A stretch of 64,000 bases of DNA from Eledone cirrhosa. Its lineage: Eukaryota. The position numbers and the translations under genes were made by a program. The stretch is taken from contig OZ024741.1 in NCBI GenBank assembly GCA_964016885.1, forward strand, positions 125,736,001-125,800,000, given 5' to 3'. The notes under the pieces are model-generated. The model saw only the letters and a list, made by a program, of their open reading frames with translations. It was not told where the DNA came from and searched no databases. Numbering within the stretch: position 1 is the stretch's first letter; every line of letters begins with the position of its first letter. This document shows positions 40,600-53,794 of the stretch, piece by piece.

Positions 40600-41560
40600 A
40601 AATGAGCAGAATAATTAAATGAAATGACTTTGAACACATATGTGGCTATAACCATCTAACAAGCCTGGTGGTAAACTCCTGGGACCGAGGAGAACTGGCG
40701 AGATGGCCAACCAACAAGATAGAGGAGGGAGAGTTTTATGAACTCGACATAGTCTTCTCGGGGATCATCTCCAAAAAGCAGTACAGTGAGTAGATATTTA
40801 ACCATCTCTTCTCTCTTTTGCTTGTAAAAATCTTCCATGGGTTCATCATCGTCCAAACCAATTTGATATGAAACTTATCTGTGGAGTCCCAACGTTCCTG
40901 AAACTTTCTGAACAGTGAGAGACCGGGACCAGATGATTGGGGGGGGGGAGGGTCGAAAGTTCAGACACATCATGACCAAGTCTCTTCACAATTGCAATGT
41001 AAGAAGTACTTGCTTGTCATATCGATAGTTTCTCCCGTTCCCACGTGGTAACAAATGTGGCGTTGAGAGTCGGATTTAATCGCGGTATTTTCGGCACTGT
41101 GCTGACATGAAGATTTTATCATCATCATCATTAATATCTGAGCTGGATGACGATTTTCAAGAACTACTTTTCTCAGGCATCGTCTTGACTTCATCTTGCT
41201 TTCTCTTTCTTACTTTTATATCGTGAATCTTCATTTCCTTCTTCTGAATGGCTCCCACATGTTCTGCATTAACACCAGTCATGAATGATCTTTTCGCTGT
41301 GTCTCAAGGAAAATATTATCTTTAGATGGGACATCCTTTCGTTCGAGAATGTCCTGACTTTCAATATCAAAAATTTCCTCGAGATCACCTTTCCAAATCT
41401 CACACTTTGCAATTGGTTTGTCAGTCATCTTTGATTTTTTTCTTTACAGTCCCAGATACTCCTTATACAATTTCATGATTAAAATGCGGATATTTTTCTT
41501 CCATTTTGGTAGGGACATTTGCTTCCCCTACACTTCCTGGATCTTCTGGCTAGTATTTTT
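40600..41560 (-). pseudogene. Decayed DNA transposase (hATm-like)
   Basis: PREDYVEFIKLSLLYL...PGVYHQAC*MVIATYVFK and SGPGLSLFRKFQERW resemble PRDDY / PGAxHxARWM family motifs. Confidence 0.55.
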
Positions 41561-42112
41561 TACGGTAAATGAAATTGTTTCATCGAGTCGACATGAAGGT
41601 AAGGCAGAGAAAACACAATAGCACTTGTGGGGATGGTGGTAGTGGTAATGTAGGTAATGTAAGTGATGGTGGTGATGTATGTGATTGTGGTGGTGATGTA
41701 GGTGACGGTGGTGGTGTATGTGATTGTGGTGGTGGTGTAGGTGACGTTGGAGTAATAATGGTATTGGCTGTGGTTGTGTTATAATAGTAGTGTTGTTGAT
41801 GGCGTTATAATGCTAGGGGTGGTGGCCGTATTAGAATGGTAGTGGTGGTACTGTCGATAGTGGCAGTGGTGATGGTGTAGAGGAACCTGGCTATAATCAA
41901 CAAGTGTTCAAGTAATTTTGTTTTTCATTTTTTGGCAGAGCCTTCAAAAAGCACCAAACTGTGTACCACCTAAATATATTCTTGTCTTCTCGTATTTTCG
42001 CCTGTGTAGCTTCTATGTGAAATGGATTCATGGCACGATTGACTTGCAGTGATTTCAACAAAGACATTTACCTTATAAATATGAAACGCCTTTATATATA
42101 TGCATATATATA

Positions 42113-42185
<73 letters not shown>

Positions 42186-42221
42186 AATATTAATAAAATA
42201 GATGTTCTTTTGATCAATTAA

Positions 42222-42274
42222 ATTTTATTATACATATTTCAGAGGTACAACAGTACGTCCTCATCAGACAAAAT
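42222..42274 (-). ncRNA. Type I hammerhead ribozyme in an AT-rich pLTR remnant
   Basis: ATTTTGT-CTGATGA-GGACGTAC-TGTT-GTACCTCT-GAAA-TATGTA-TA-ATAAAAT. Confidence 0.8.
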
Positions 42275-42801
42275 ATAATGATACATGACATACTCTGAGA
42301 TGTTAAATGGTTAAGATTTAATCAAGGTAGTGATTAACCTATGAGAAAACTCAACATTTATACCCTAATAATGAGAAAATGCGAAAACGTAATAGATTCA
42401 ATAGAGAAGGTATGAGTAAGAAAAACGTTGCTTTAATGTAACAGTAATAGAGATTTTAAAATGTGGGATACTACAAATTAGGATTATAGAGGAAGACGTC
42501 TCTGGAAATATAATTTTATTACAGTTTATGAAGGCAACCGATAGATAATTAAAGAGAGGGAGAGATAAAGGTGAGTAATTTATGCAAAAAAAAAAATTTC
42601 CCCATATGGACTGAGCGGTTAAGTTTCAAAATATTTAATTTATGTTATTTTAGGGTGAAGAATCAAAAATTTAAGTTTTTAAAAATTGATGGTTATTTAT
42701 ATTAATTTTATAAATTTTATAAATTTTTTAATTCTGAATTTTATGAAAACAAAATTAAAGGTACATTGTCTAAAGTATAATGATTAACGCAGAGTTTTCA
42801 G

Positions 42802-42858
<57 letters not shown>

Positions 42859-43435
42859 CATTTATCGTAATAAATTACTATTTATTATGTTATATTAAAT
42901 CACTATATTAGTTCTACCTTCATGGGAAGAATGAACTCTAAATAATGATTATGTTATTGTACAATATATTTATATTTGCACAGACTATATATAGCGTTAT
43001 ACCGAAACAATAATTATGATTAAGTTATTATACATTATAAATATAGATGCAAAAAAAAACAAATGCAGAGATATAGGTAACTAATAATATGGTTATGTTA
43101 TTATACAATATACACATATTTGCAAAAAATTGGTATAGAGAGATATACTAAGTATTAATGAGACAGTATACTTTTGGTAAATGATAACGATTATAATCTT
43201 AGATAATAGATTCAAACATGCATAAGTTAAATACATATATATAAAATAGTGTAAACGCATGAATGATTCACAGTTCAAAATAAGGTCCGTAAAAATTTAC
43301 AGGTTGGATATTTGGACTATATTTAAAACATAGATAGAAAAATAAAGATAGAGAAATAATGGTATGGATCGAAGTTAATAATCTACTGTAAAACTTATTC
43401 TTTGATGTACTCATTGAATCTTGTTTAACTCTTTA

Positions 43436-43469
<34 letters not shown>

Positions 43470-43594
43470 GGTGCGGGATGTTTAAAGCGTCCGTAAGCGG
43501 TAGGCCGTTTGAGCACTCGATGTTCTTACAGAGCAGAGTATGATATCACATAAGAAACGGAGAATTAGTGTTGTGACGAATAAAATTTATTAGA

Positions 43595-43685
43595 CATATT
43601 ACAATTATTTCTCTGGCGATCAGCTCGAGGCACGATCGATGTAATGATCGAACCTGACTCTGAAATCGCAAGGTCCTCAGATACG
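43595..43685 (-). ncRNA. Hammerhead ribozyme with extended stem II
   Basis: Inverted copy of 43781-43871, with core CTGAGGA. Confidence 0.65.
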
Positions 43686-43780
43686 TCTCGATTCTACGAA
43701 GCAGAGTTTCCAAATGTCCAGTTACACCCGAGTAACTGGTGTAACTGGACATTTGGAAGCTCCGCTTCGTAGAATCGAGA

Positions 43781-43871
43781 CGTATCTGAAGACCTTGCGA
43801 TTTCAGAGTCAGGTTCGATCATTACATCGATCGTGCCTCGAGCTGGTCGCCAGAGAAATAATTGTAATATG
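43781..43871 (+). ncRNA. Hammerhead ribozyme with extended stem II
   Basis: CGTAT-CTGAAGA-[~60-nt interrupted hairpin]-GAAA-TAATTG-TA-ATATG. Confidence 0.65.
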
Positions 43872-43916
43872 TCTAATACATTTTATTCGTCGCAACACTG
43901 ATTCTCCGTTTCTTAT

Positions 43917-43998
<82 letters not shown>

Positions 43999-44054
43999 TA
44001 TATAAGTATGTATGTATATGTACATACATATATGTATACAGACGTACAGTAGCA

Positions 44055-44100
<46 letters not shown>

Positions 44101-44254
44101 CAGGTACACATACATATATGTACGTATCAGTTTAGCGGACGCTTATTATAACGCCCGCTTTGTTCGTTTGTAAACAAACTGAACAGCCTGAATTTATGCC
44201 GTACGGTGTTAAGGCAACCACGTCACCTTTTTGTTCAACACTGACACAGGAACG

Positions 44255-44291
44255 ATGTACTAGTTTCAAGCTTGTTAGCTATCATCAGCAC
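44255..44291 (-). ncRNA. Minimal hammerhead ribozyme
   Basis: Inverted copy of 44712-44748. Confidence 0.8.
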
Positions 44292-44440
44292 CGTATACCC
44301 TTCTGCCAAATGGTTGAACGTTCGAAAGTATATACTTTCCTTATGAAAATTAACGGCTGAGCAGCCATATTTGCATATCAAGTGAGTTCGGCCAGGCGTA
44401 CCGCTAAACTGATACGTACATATATGTATTTGTACCTGTA

Positions 44441-44473
<33 letters not shown>

Positions 44474-44711
44474 GCATGCTACTGTACGTCTGTATACATA
44501 TATGTATGTACGTATACATACATACTTACATTTAAGTAAGTGCCGTACTAAGAGTGAGAAATAAAATTTCGTTTTCATTTTATTACAACTTATCGTTTTC
44601 GGTACGCCTGGCCGAACTCACTCGATATGCAAATTAGGCTGCTCAGCCGTTAATTTTCATAAGGAAAGTATATACTTTCGAACGTTCAACCATCTGGCAG
44701 AAGGGTATACG

Positions 44712-44748
44712 GTGCTGATGATAGCTAACAAGCTTGAAACTAGTACAT
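44712..44748 (+). ncRNA. Minimal hammerhead ribozyme
   Basis: GTG-CTGATGA-T-AGCT-AACA-AGCT-T-GAAA-CTAG-TA-CAT; palindromic ACTAGT stem III. Confidence 0.82.
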
Positions 44749-44906
44749 CGTTCCTGTGTCAGTGTTGAACAAAAAGGTGACGTGGTTGCCTTGACACCGA
44801 ACGGCATAAATTCAGGCTGTTCAGTTTGTTTACAAACGAACAAAGCGGGCGTTATAATAAGCGTCCGCTAAACTGATACGTACATATATGTATATGTACC
44901 TGTATG

Positions 44907-44978
<72 letters not shown>

Positions 44979-45086
44979 TGCTACTGTACGTCTGTATACA
45001 TATATGTATGTACGTATACATACATACTTACATTTAAGTAAGTGCCGTACTAAGAGTGAGAAATGAAATTTCGTTTTCATTTTATT

Positions 45087-45140
<54 letters not shown>

Positions 45141-45164
45141 ATATATATACATGTATATATATAC

Positions 45165-45212
<48 letters not shown>

Positions 45213-45308
45213 ATAGATACATACATATATATATATACATATATATATATGTATATATATAGATATAAATATATACATATATACATATATATATATACAT
45301 ACATACAA

Positions 45309-45380
<72 letters not shown>

Positions 45381-45384
<4 letters not shown>

Positions 45385-45451
45385 ATAATAATAAATTTGA
45401 AGACTAAAATCCAGCAGCGATTCTTTGCTTAAACTTTAATCTGTTATTTTA

Positions 45452-45458
<7 letters not shown>
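45381..45458. mobile_element. Family B remnant
   Basis: Reverse complement of 9040-9071 joined to reverse complement of 8912-8953. Confidence 0.7.
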
Positions 45459-45504
<46 letters not shown>

Positions 45505-45511
<7 letters not shown>

Positions 45512-45816
45512 GTGAGGTTTTTTTTACAAAATGAAAAATAACCGAGGTGTCCTACACGAGTGGAAGTATAAAGAAAAAGGGATGAAATCGAAAATGCAAC
45601 TGAAGTCTGATTTTTTTTTTTTTTAAATATATATATTTATTTGGTTCCTTTACCGGTTTCGCAGTTCTTCTGCTTTTCAAAAGGTGAGTTGAGATGGAGG
45701 GTCTGTGGTTTTTCTCACATCTCAATGTGAGAAAAACCACAGACCCTCCATCTCAACTCACCTTTTGAAAAGCAGAAGAACTGCGAAACCGGTAAAGGAA
45801 CCAAATAAATATATAT

Positions 45817-45848
<32 letters not shown>

Positions 45849-45888
45849 TAAGACTTCAGTTGCATTTTCGACTTCATCCCTTTTTCTT

Positions 45889-45892
<4 letters not shown>
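45505..45892 (-). mobile_element. Fold-back HHR mini-element
   Basis: Arms 45567-45720 and 45725-45892; tail 45505-45566. Confidence 0.85.
45761..45798 (+). ncRNA. Variant hammerhead (U3-A8 core); inverted copy at 45647-45684
   Basis: CCTT-TTGAAAA-GCAG-AAGAA-CTGC-GAAA-CCGG-TA-AAGG. Confidence 0.7.
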
Positions 45893-45921
<29 letters not shown>

Positions 45922-45925
45922 CTAT

Positions 45926-45999
<74 letters not shown>

Positions 46000-46040
46000 T
46001 CATACATACATACATACATACATACATTATATCATCCGAT

Positions 46041-46229
46041 GTGGTGGATTGGCAGTATCGGTAGAGGGTCGGACGCCATGCTTTCCAGCATAGTTACGTC
46101 CCTTTACGATCTGAGTTCAAATCCCGCCGAGGTTGACTTTGCCTTTCATCCTTACGAGGTCGATAAAATAAAGTACCAGTAATGCACTGGGTAATTGCTG
46201 GCCTTGTGCCTAAAGTAGAAACAATTATA
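46041..46229 (+). mobile_element. tRNA-derived SINE
   Basis: Same family as 16428. Confidence 0.8.
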
Positions 46230-46586
46230 TCATCCGATTTCATACTGTAATAAATAAACCAATATGTTTTTACTATCTCGCTGGAGTTGGTTTACCCTTT
46301 CATCTGTATGGGTTGGGTAAAATATGTCAAGAACTCAATTCGTTGTAATCGACCCCCCTTTATCATCATTCATGATTATTGCTATTGTTGTTATTGTTGT
46401 TTTGTTGTTGTTGTTGTTCTTCTTCTTCTTCTTAAGGGAAGTGGGTCAAATCGATGTACTATATGAACAGAGTTCAATATATGTAACATATCCGCACGTT
46501 CTACTCTAATTATCACAAAACGATATATATATATTTCGTTTCTGAATTTGTTGGCAACATGACCCTCCCAAAGTATAACGATATAA

Positions 46587-46666
<80 letters not shown>

Positions 46667-46672
<6 letters not shown>

Positions 46673-46942
46673 AGAAATGTAAGCTATCGCCGTGTTTTGA
46701 CTAAAGAAATTAAAGAAATTATTTAGCCTGATAGTGGGGTTAAGAACCCTCGGAGAAATGGAAAAAGATGAGTATTGACGTACATGTACGTCAATACTCA
46801 TCTTTTTCGATTTCTCCGAGGGTTCTTAACCCCACTATCAGGCTAAATAATTTCTTTAATTTCTTTAGTCAAAATACGGCGAAAGCTTACATTTCTAATA
46901 ATTTCAAACCCACTCGCTGTTTCGAAAATATTGTTATTTGAT
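46667..46942 (+). mobile_element. Spacer-less 236-bp palindrome plus tail
   Basis: 46667-46902 centred on GTACATGTAC; relative at 57195-57410. Confidence 0.8.
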
Positions 46943-46952
46943 ATATATATAT

Positions 46953-47680
46953 AGTGGTGGAACACTGGAAGGTAATATCCGTAGTGGCAGAGCACTCAGT
47001 CCATGGGACGAGTTAGGTAGAAGTGGTTACACAACAGTTAGTTCGCCATACCGAGATCAATTGTTTCACCTTAGCGGACCCTCAGCTCGGAATGGGCATG
47101 GTTATAGGAACAGGAAGGACAACCGTACGAACGCGCATGCGCAGAAACCCGGTCACTTCACACAGGCAATACTAGATTGCGTGCGAGAGGTGTAAGGGAG
47201 ATAACTGCGAAAGTACAAAAAGTTTCTAGGTTGAAAATAAAATTACAAAGAATCAGTCCGGAGCCTTGTAGTTATGCAATAGGTGTTTGGCGACGTGTGG
47301 ACAACGTGTGAAAAATTCATTCCTCGTGTTTAGGCAATCACTATTGCGTAATCTCTTTAGAATAGTTATTGGTTCGTCAATACATAAGCCACACGTCGGA
47401 TTTCCCCTTGCGTATGGCTTGGACTTAGTGATGGCTTTCCATTGAATGGAGTAGTGTCTATACTTAAGTCCTTGAGGGACAATACGTGGCTCGCGAGTTT
47501 CGTAGTTGAACGTCTGTCCGGGTACCTGAAGGTAGACTGGTGGTTCAGGAAACGTTCCTTAAATTGGCCCTCCGCCATGCCTACATAGGATTTGACCTCC
47601 TGTGGTTCGTTTGGTCGGTTGGAAGTGACCACAGCTTCATAAATTACAGCTGGTGTGTTGCATTGCTGTTGAAGGGGGAA
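46953..47680 (-). mobile_element. Nematis-like PLE GIY-YIG fragment plus 3' UTR with degenerate HHR (47051-47090)
   Basis: VIYEAVV...YVGMAEGQFKERFLNH...STTKLA; CCGAG-CTGAGGG...GAAACAATTG...CTCGG. Confidence 0.75.
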
Positions 47681-47686
47681 AGCGTG

Positions 47687-47721
<35 letters not shown>

Positions 47722-48242
47722 GTGTATATACATACATATATATATATATATATATGCGTATGTGCGTATATGTCTATATATACATATGTGTGTATGTGTG
47801 TGTGTTTGGGTGCATACGTGTCTGTATGTACAGAGATAGAGATAGAGAGGAATGAAAGAGTGGGAGGGAGGGAGGAAATTGGGTGTGATGATAAAAAATA
47901 TAAAAGTTATATTTTCAAAGAAATGGTCACTATTTTCGGTTATATTAACAAACAAAAAAGAACTTTCCACGAAAAGAAACCGGCAATTCCCCCAAAACAA
48001 CAACAACCATAAGAATTTCGTATGTCTATCAAAGTTATGAAGACACTATATCTATATAGAACATTAAAGTGTTTATTTAAGATAGTCAAAAGTAGCTCTT
48101 CTGATAAACCTTCCTTGATACGAATGCGGGACTCTGCAATTTTATGAGATATTCTGATGACCTGCTAATCTTCTGATGACCTGCCACTATTTATTTTCCA
48201 TTGAGTACTTACCCATTCATCAATCTATCTATCTATTTATCT

Positions 48243-48329
<87 letters not shown>

Positions 48330-48396
48330 CTGTGTGCGTGTGTGTCTGTCTGTCTATCTATTCGCTTGTATTTCTGGCTATTTATGTATCTATCTA

Positions 48397-48522
48397 TTGG
48401 GGATTTCGATTGTCATAATTGTTTGTTTCAATATTTTTACACGACTGTATGTAAAATCCCCGGCATGTGTCTTTGTATTGTCCCCTTTTCTTGTGCGCCC
48501 TTGTGGCAAATAAAGAAATATA
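48397..48522 (+). mobile_element. Short 3' end related to the Tx1-like LINE
   Basis: TATGTAAA...TTGTCCC...GTGGCAAATAAAGAAA parallels 6285-6350; (TATC)n flanks. Confidence 0.55.
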
Positions 48523-48536
48523 TCTATTTATCTATA

Positions 48537-48581
<45 letters not shown>

Positions 48582-49131
48582 TTACCTGTCTGATTATCTA
48601 TCTATTTCTCTACCTACCTGTCAGTCTGTTTAGAACGTCGAATAGAATGCTTTGCGGTATTAATTTCGGATCTCAGCTCTCTGGTTTAATATCCCGCCGA
48701 GATCAAATAGTGTACCAGTCTACCACTGGGGTCGAGTCTTCCTCTCTAAATATATATCTAACTTTCTCTCTTGAATAAATCGGCTGTGGCCAGACCTGTA
48801 GAGTAATGTGTCCAAGATACGATGGGCTTCTGCAGTTTTCGCCTACTAAATTCCACTCACAAGACATTGGTCCACTCAAGCCTATATTAGAATATGAGGT
48901 AGCAGTAAACTCTCAATATACAGTGGATTCGCATCTTACGCGGTCAAGTGGTTTCACCCTATGCCCCCATTATTCAAAAACCACATATGTTCAAGATCAA
49001 GACCTTTATATTAAAGTGTTTATGTGCGAAGATGTTTTGGAAGAGGTGTAACGTCATTCTTTTTGGCGGTTGAGAACATCTATAGAAGAGAAAACTGCTG
49101 TAAGAGCTGATGCTTTCCCTTATGAGTTAAA

Positions 49132-49310
49132 TAATTGTTTCTATTTTTGGCACAAGGCCAGCAATTATCCCAGTGCATTACTGGTACTTTATTTTATCGA
49201 CCACGTAAGGATGACAGGCAAAGTTAACCTCGGCGGGATTTGAACTCAGACCGTAACTCTATGCTGCAAAGCATGGCATCCGACTCTCTACCGATACTGC
49301 CAATCTACCG
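49132..49310 (-). mobile_element. tRNA-derived SINE
   Basis: Reverse complement of the 16428 family. Confidence 0.8.
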
Positions 49311-49773
49311 CGATGAGTTAAATAATGCGGCTTCGTGAAGGACAGGACGTTAAACATTTTATAACTTTTTTAACGTTTAAAAATATTTTTTCAGACCACG
49401 TACGTTCAAAACTACATCATTAAGAATTGCATAAGTTGTGATCTCCCACTGTACATTGTTTTTATCAGAGGCGACTATTTTAAGTAGATGTAGTCATGTA
49501 CATAGCAAAGAACTTATGTTTAGCTGTCCCTTCTTTACTTATAATGTTTAAAATGCAGATGATACACATTAATGGTGGCTATCGTTGAACGCACGAAATA
49601 CTCTAATCTAGCCTCACCACTCCACACTCCCTTCATCCCTCCACTTATTTTTGTGTCTTTCTCTCTCTCTCACACACTCCATCGGCCTCTTTCTTTTTCT
49701 CTCTCTCTCTCTCTATTTCCTTCTCCCAACTGGTTCCTCTTCTCTTTCACACACACACTCTCGCTCTCTCTCG

Positions 49774-49820
<47 letters not shown>

Positions 49821-49943
49821 GGCTCTCTTTTTGGCCTTTCCTTTTCTTTTCTTTGCCGATCCTATCTCGTTTTCTGTACCATTTCAGTACAAATTATACA
49901 CAGATTTATGCCTATAAGTATGTGTACTTTGAATAAAAGTGTG

Positions 49944-50120
49944 TATGTATGTATGTATGTATGTATGTATGTATGTATGTATGTATGTATGTATGTATGT
50001 ATGTATGTATGTATGTATGTATGTATGTATTTATGTATGTATGTATGTATGTATGTATGTATGTATGTATTATGTATGTATGTATATATGTATGTGTATG
50101 TATGTATGCATGTATGTATG
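49944..50120. repeat. (TATG)n microsatellite
   Basis: Long near-perfect tract. Confidence 0.95.
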
Positions 50121-50465
50121 TTACAAGGGTAAAATATTCAATTACGTAATCCTGCCAATATATATATATAAATAAATATGAGTGTATTTATTTTTGTGTA
50201 TGTGTGTGTGTGTATGTGTGTGTATCAGTGTGTGTATGTGATTCTTGAGAGGTTTCTCCTGTTTACTGATCGTCAGATAAGTCATGTCCGACGAACCTGT
50301 GAATATACAAGAGAGACTTCAACAAGAGAGCAACAAGAAACAAACTTGACATTAAAAAAAGTATATATTTACATCTACTATGGTCCTGAGTACTCATCCT
50401 CTCAATCGTTCATACCGTACAAATATATATAAATATATAAATATATAAATATATAAATATACGTA

Positions 50466-50650
50466 CAAAGGTCGGCTGAAACGTTCATAAGCTGTCGAAG
50501 ATATTTCATGGAATGACCAAATGAGGTTTATTTTCCAGCATAGTCCACGAAAAGAAACAATGCAGTTATTAATAAGAATTAATGCATGCAAAACTTCACA
50601 GCACTATCATTAATCCAAAGTCAGCCTATGAAGTTTTCAGCCGACCATCG
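50466..50650. mobile_element. Tc1/mariner-type MITE
   Basis: ~29-bp imperfect TIRs (GGTCGGCTGAAA..TTCATA.GCTG) flanked by TA. Confidence 0.65.
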
Positions 50651-50933
50651 TATATATGAATATGTGGTTGTGTAATTTAGAAGTTCGCTTCTAAAGCATG
50701 TGGTACCGGATCGTTCCCACTGCGTAGCACACATGGGCAAGTGTCATTTGCTATAGTTCCGGGTTGACCACAGTCGCGAGTAAAATATTGTAGATAGGAA
50801 CTCTGTGGAAGCTTGTGTGTGTTTGCCTACGTCTAAACTTCCAAAACACATTTAAGTCGGTGAACCATATTTAAAGTATGGGCTGGCGCCAGGAAGGGCA
50901 TTCGACCGTATACATTTGCTGTAGTTGCTATTA

Positions 50934-51024
<91 letters not shown>

Positions 51025-51035
51025 CATATATATAC

Positions 51036-51179
<144 letters not shown>

Positions 51180-51388
51180 ATAAACATAAACATAAAATTT
51201 CTTTCTATGTATATAAGGAAAATTATGAAAAAAAAAATGGGTTAAATATGTACCTGGTATATATATAAAAAGGATCTTTATAATATGTAGAAAAAATTGA
51301 TGTTAGCAAAGCCTGCTTTCTCCGTTTTGAATCATCAAAACATTTGTTATTAGGTTAAATTGTGTTTTCGTTACATTCTGGCATGTTA

Positions 51389-51420
<32 letters not shown>

Positions 51421-51572
51421 GAAGGATTTAAATGGATACAGTTTAGTTAAAAGGAATTTATTGACACGTGTTTCAATAACAGTTACATAACCTGAAAACA
51501 GCTGCTATCTACAAAGTATTAGTTATGCAGACATTCAATATTTCAATGTTATTATCAACACTACGGAAAATA

Positions 51573-51638
<66 letters not shown>

Positions 51639-51776
51639 GTATATGTATATATATATCATAGATTGAGTTATAAACCATATTGTTTTAAATTAGTATTTTT
51701 GCAACCTAGCTAACTTGGTCATTTGCAATTGGAACACATGTATACTTATGTCTGTGTTCATCCCTCTCATATATCC

Positions 51777-51811
<35 letters not shown>

Positions 51812-51812
<1 letters not shown>

Positions 51813-53748
51813 GTAGTTTAGAAAGCCACAACAATGCAGAGGGAAATCTCGAGGTAGGAAGTGAATGATAGATAGAAGAAATAGGAGAAAGTCAACGGGG
51901 GAAAGTTCCAAAAGGGGGGGAACAGGCTAAGCGGAGAAAGTTGTGATGTCGTTAAAACAGGAATGCCGTTATGGGGAGAAAATTATTTACAATTTAAATG
52001 AGGGAAAGAATGCGCGTGCGCGTGATAGGCTGTGGCAAAAGCTACTGACCAAATGGGTTAAATCAAGAGGGTGCGCTAGCGTGTGAAAGCCGTAAAATAT
52101 GTGTGTGTAAATATATATGTGTGTGTAACTGTGTGTGTATATGTGTAAGTGTGTATATGTGTGAGTGTGTGTGTGTGTGTGAAAGATAGTGGGCTGTAGA
52201 AGCTGGAAATCAAAGGGTGTGAAAGGTGGTAGGTTGTAAAACATGTGTGCGTGTATAAATATAGATGTGTGTGTGTAAGCGTATGGGTATACATGTGTGT
52301 GTAACTGTGTGTGTATATGTGTGAGTGCGTGTGTGTGTGAAAGATAGTGGGCTGTAGAAGCTGGAAATCAAAGGGTGTGAAAGGTGGTAGGTTGTAAAAA
52401 CATGTGTGCGTGTATAAATATAGATGTGTGTGTATGCGTAAGGGTATGCATATACGTGCGTGTGTGTGAAAATAGCAGGCCGTAAGGGCTGTGAATGGTC
52501 ACTATGGTTAAGTTAGCCATGTCAGCTCATTTCTCTCAGCCCGGTTGTTAAGTGGGGGTCTGAGGTTCTTAATAACAAGTGCTTCCTTTATCCTTAAGGA
52601 TCCGATGCTGCGTTCAGTCGCTAGGACTGTGACCAAGGGTCTACCCTGTGGGTTTCTGCATTTAAGGATGTGTTTACGGAAGGAAGATGCGTTGGTGTTG
52701 ATATGTTCCTTGATACGAACATGTAGGGGTCGGATGGTGCTACCTATGTAAAACTTGTTACATTTATCGCATTGAATCTTATATACGACATAGGTGCGTA
52801 GGCAATCTGCCCCCCGTATCGGGCAGTTGCTGAGGGAACACGTCCCATCTGACTCGTCGGGTTTGTTGGAGAGGCATCTTCGCAGCGAAGGTCCTGTGTG
52901 GACCAAATGTATGTCAAGTCCCTCCGTCCGTATGGCCCTGCGGGTGGCGTTCGTGGTATATTTACTCAGGTGGGGGATTTTAAAGAAGCACCTGCTTTTA
53001 TTTAAGTTTCTAGTGGGTGTCTGTCTATTGGGTCTGGGGTCTCTAATTCCGTTAATCAGTCGCTTGGGATATCCATTAGACCTGAGTAGATTACGGAATT
53101 GCGTGGTATGGGTGAGACCACCCATCGGGTCGCTGCATCTGTTAGTGATCCGTGTCAGTTCATTTAGGACATAGCCTCTCTTAGTGTTGTTGGGGAGGGC
53201 TGAGTTGTAATGCACAAATAAGTCCTTGCACGCTGCTTTGCGGTAGAAGGTGGTGTTTATGTCTCCTTCTTCCGAGATGTTGATACGGAAGTCGAGGAGG
53301 GCGAGTGACCCGTCTTCTCCTGGGTGTTCGATGGTGAAATCGACGTGATGGTCAGTATCGTTGAAGATTTGGTGAATTTCATTCGCCATCTCCCGGGAAG
53401 AAGTAAGTATCAGGATGTCATCAACGTATCTGGAGTAGAAGGCGACGGCGTTGGGTTGGCAGGTATTGAGTGCCTTGCGTTCCGGGTGGTCCATGTACGA
53501 GATCGCAAGTATGCCGGACAGACTAGAGCCCATAGGTAGCCCAGAGATTTGTTTGTACGTGTGGCCGAGGAAATTGAAGAGTGCATTATCCACAACGAAG
53601 GAGAGGAGTTGGTGGATGTCCGTGTGTGTGAGTCCGAAGCAGTGTAAGTTAGATGCTCGGACTCGTTCGGTCAACAGGTCGACGGCTGGGGATGCTGGTA
53701 CGGAGGTATAAAGGGCGACCACATCAAGACTGAAGGCATAACCGTTGT

Positions 53749-53750
<2 letters not shown>
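51812..53750 (-). mobile_element. PLE, 5'-truncated, inserted in (TA)n
   Basis: RT plus GIY-YIG ORF and a ~700-nt 3' UTR with an internal tandem duplication. Confidence 0.9.
52508..53749 (-). CDS. PLE RT plus GIY-YIG endonuclease (uninterrupted, 5'-truncated)
   Basis: FSLDVVALYTSVP, QISGLPMGS, RYVDD, VVYKIQC..C...YIGST.R....R..EH. Confidence 0.92.

Positions 53751-53788
<38 letters not shown>

Positions 53789-53794
<6 letters not shown>

Larger units (their letters stand above)
43466..43922 (-). mobile_element. Fold-back HHR mini-element, family E
   Basis: 185-bp arms 43544-43728 and 43738-43922; tail 43466-43543; (TA)n flanks. Confidence 0.85.
44004..45091 (+). mobile_element. Non-coding HHR element: inverted copy plus partial tandem copies
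   Basis: 44004-44403 inverted against 44600-45028; 44402-44589 is a direct repeat of about 44865-45091. Confidence 0.85.

Noticed and set aside
43546-44843. Mirror ORF pairs (68 aa and 66 aa) on opposite strands
   Set aside because: By-products of non-coding inverted repeats
51460-51520. Minus-strand GAAACACGTGTC with a stem II-like pairing
   Set aside because: No CUGANGA; at best a decayed HHR
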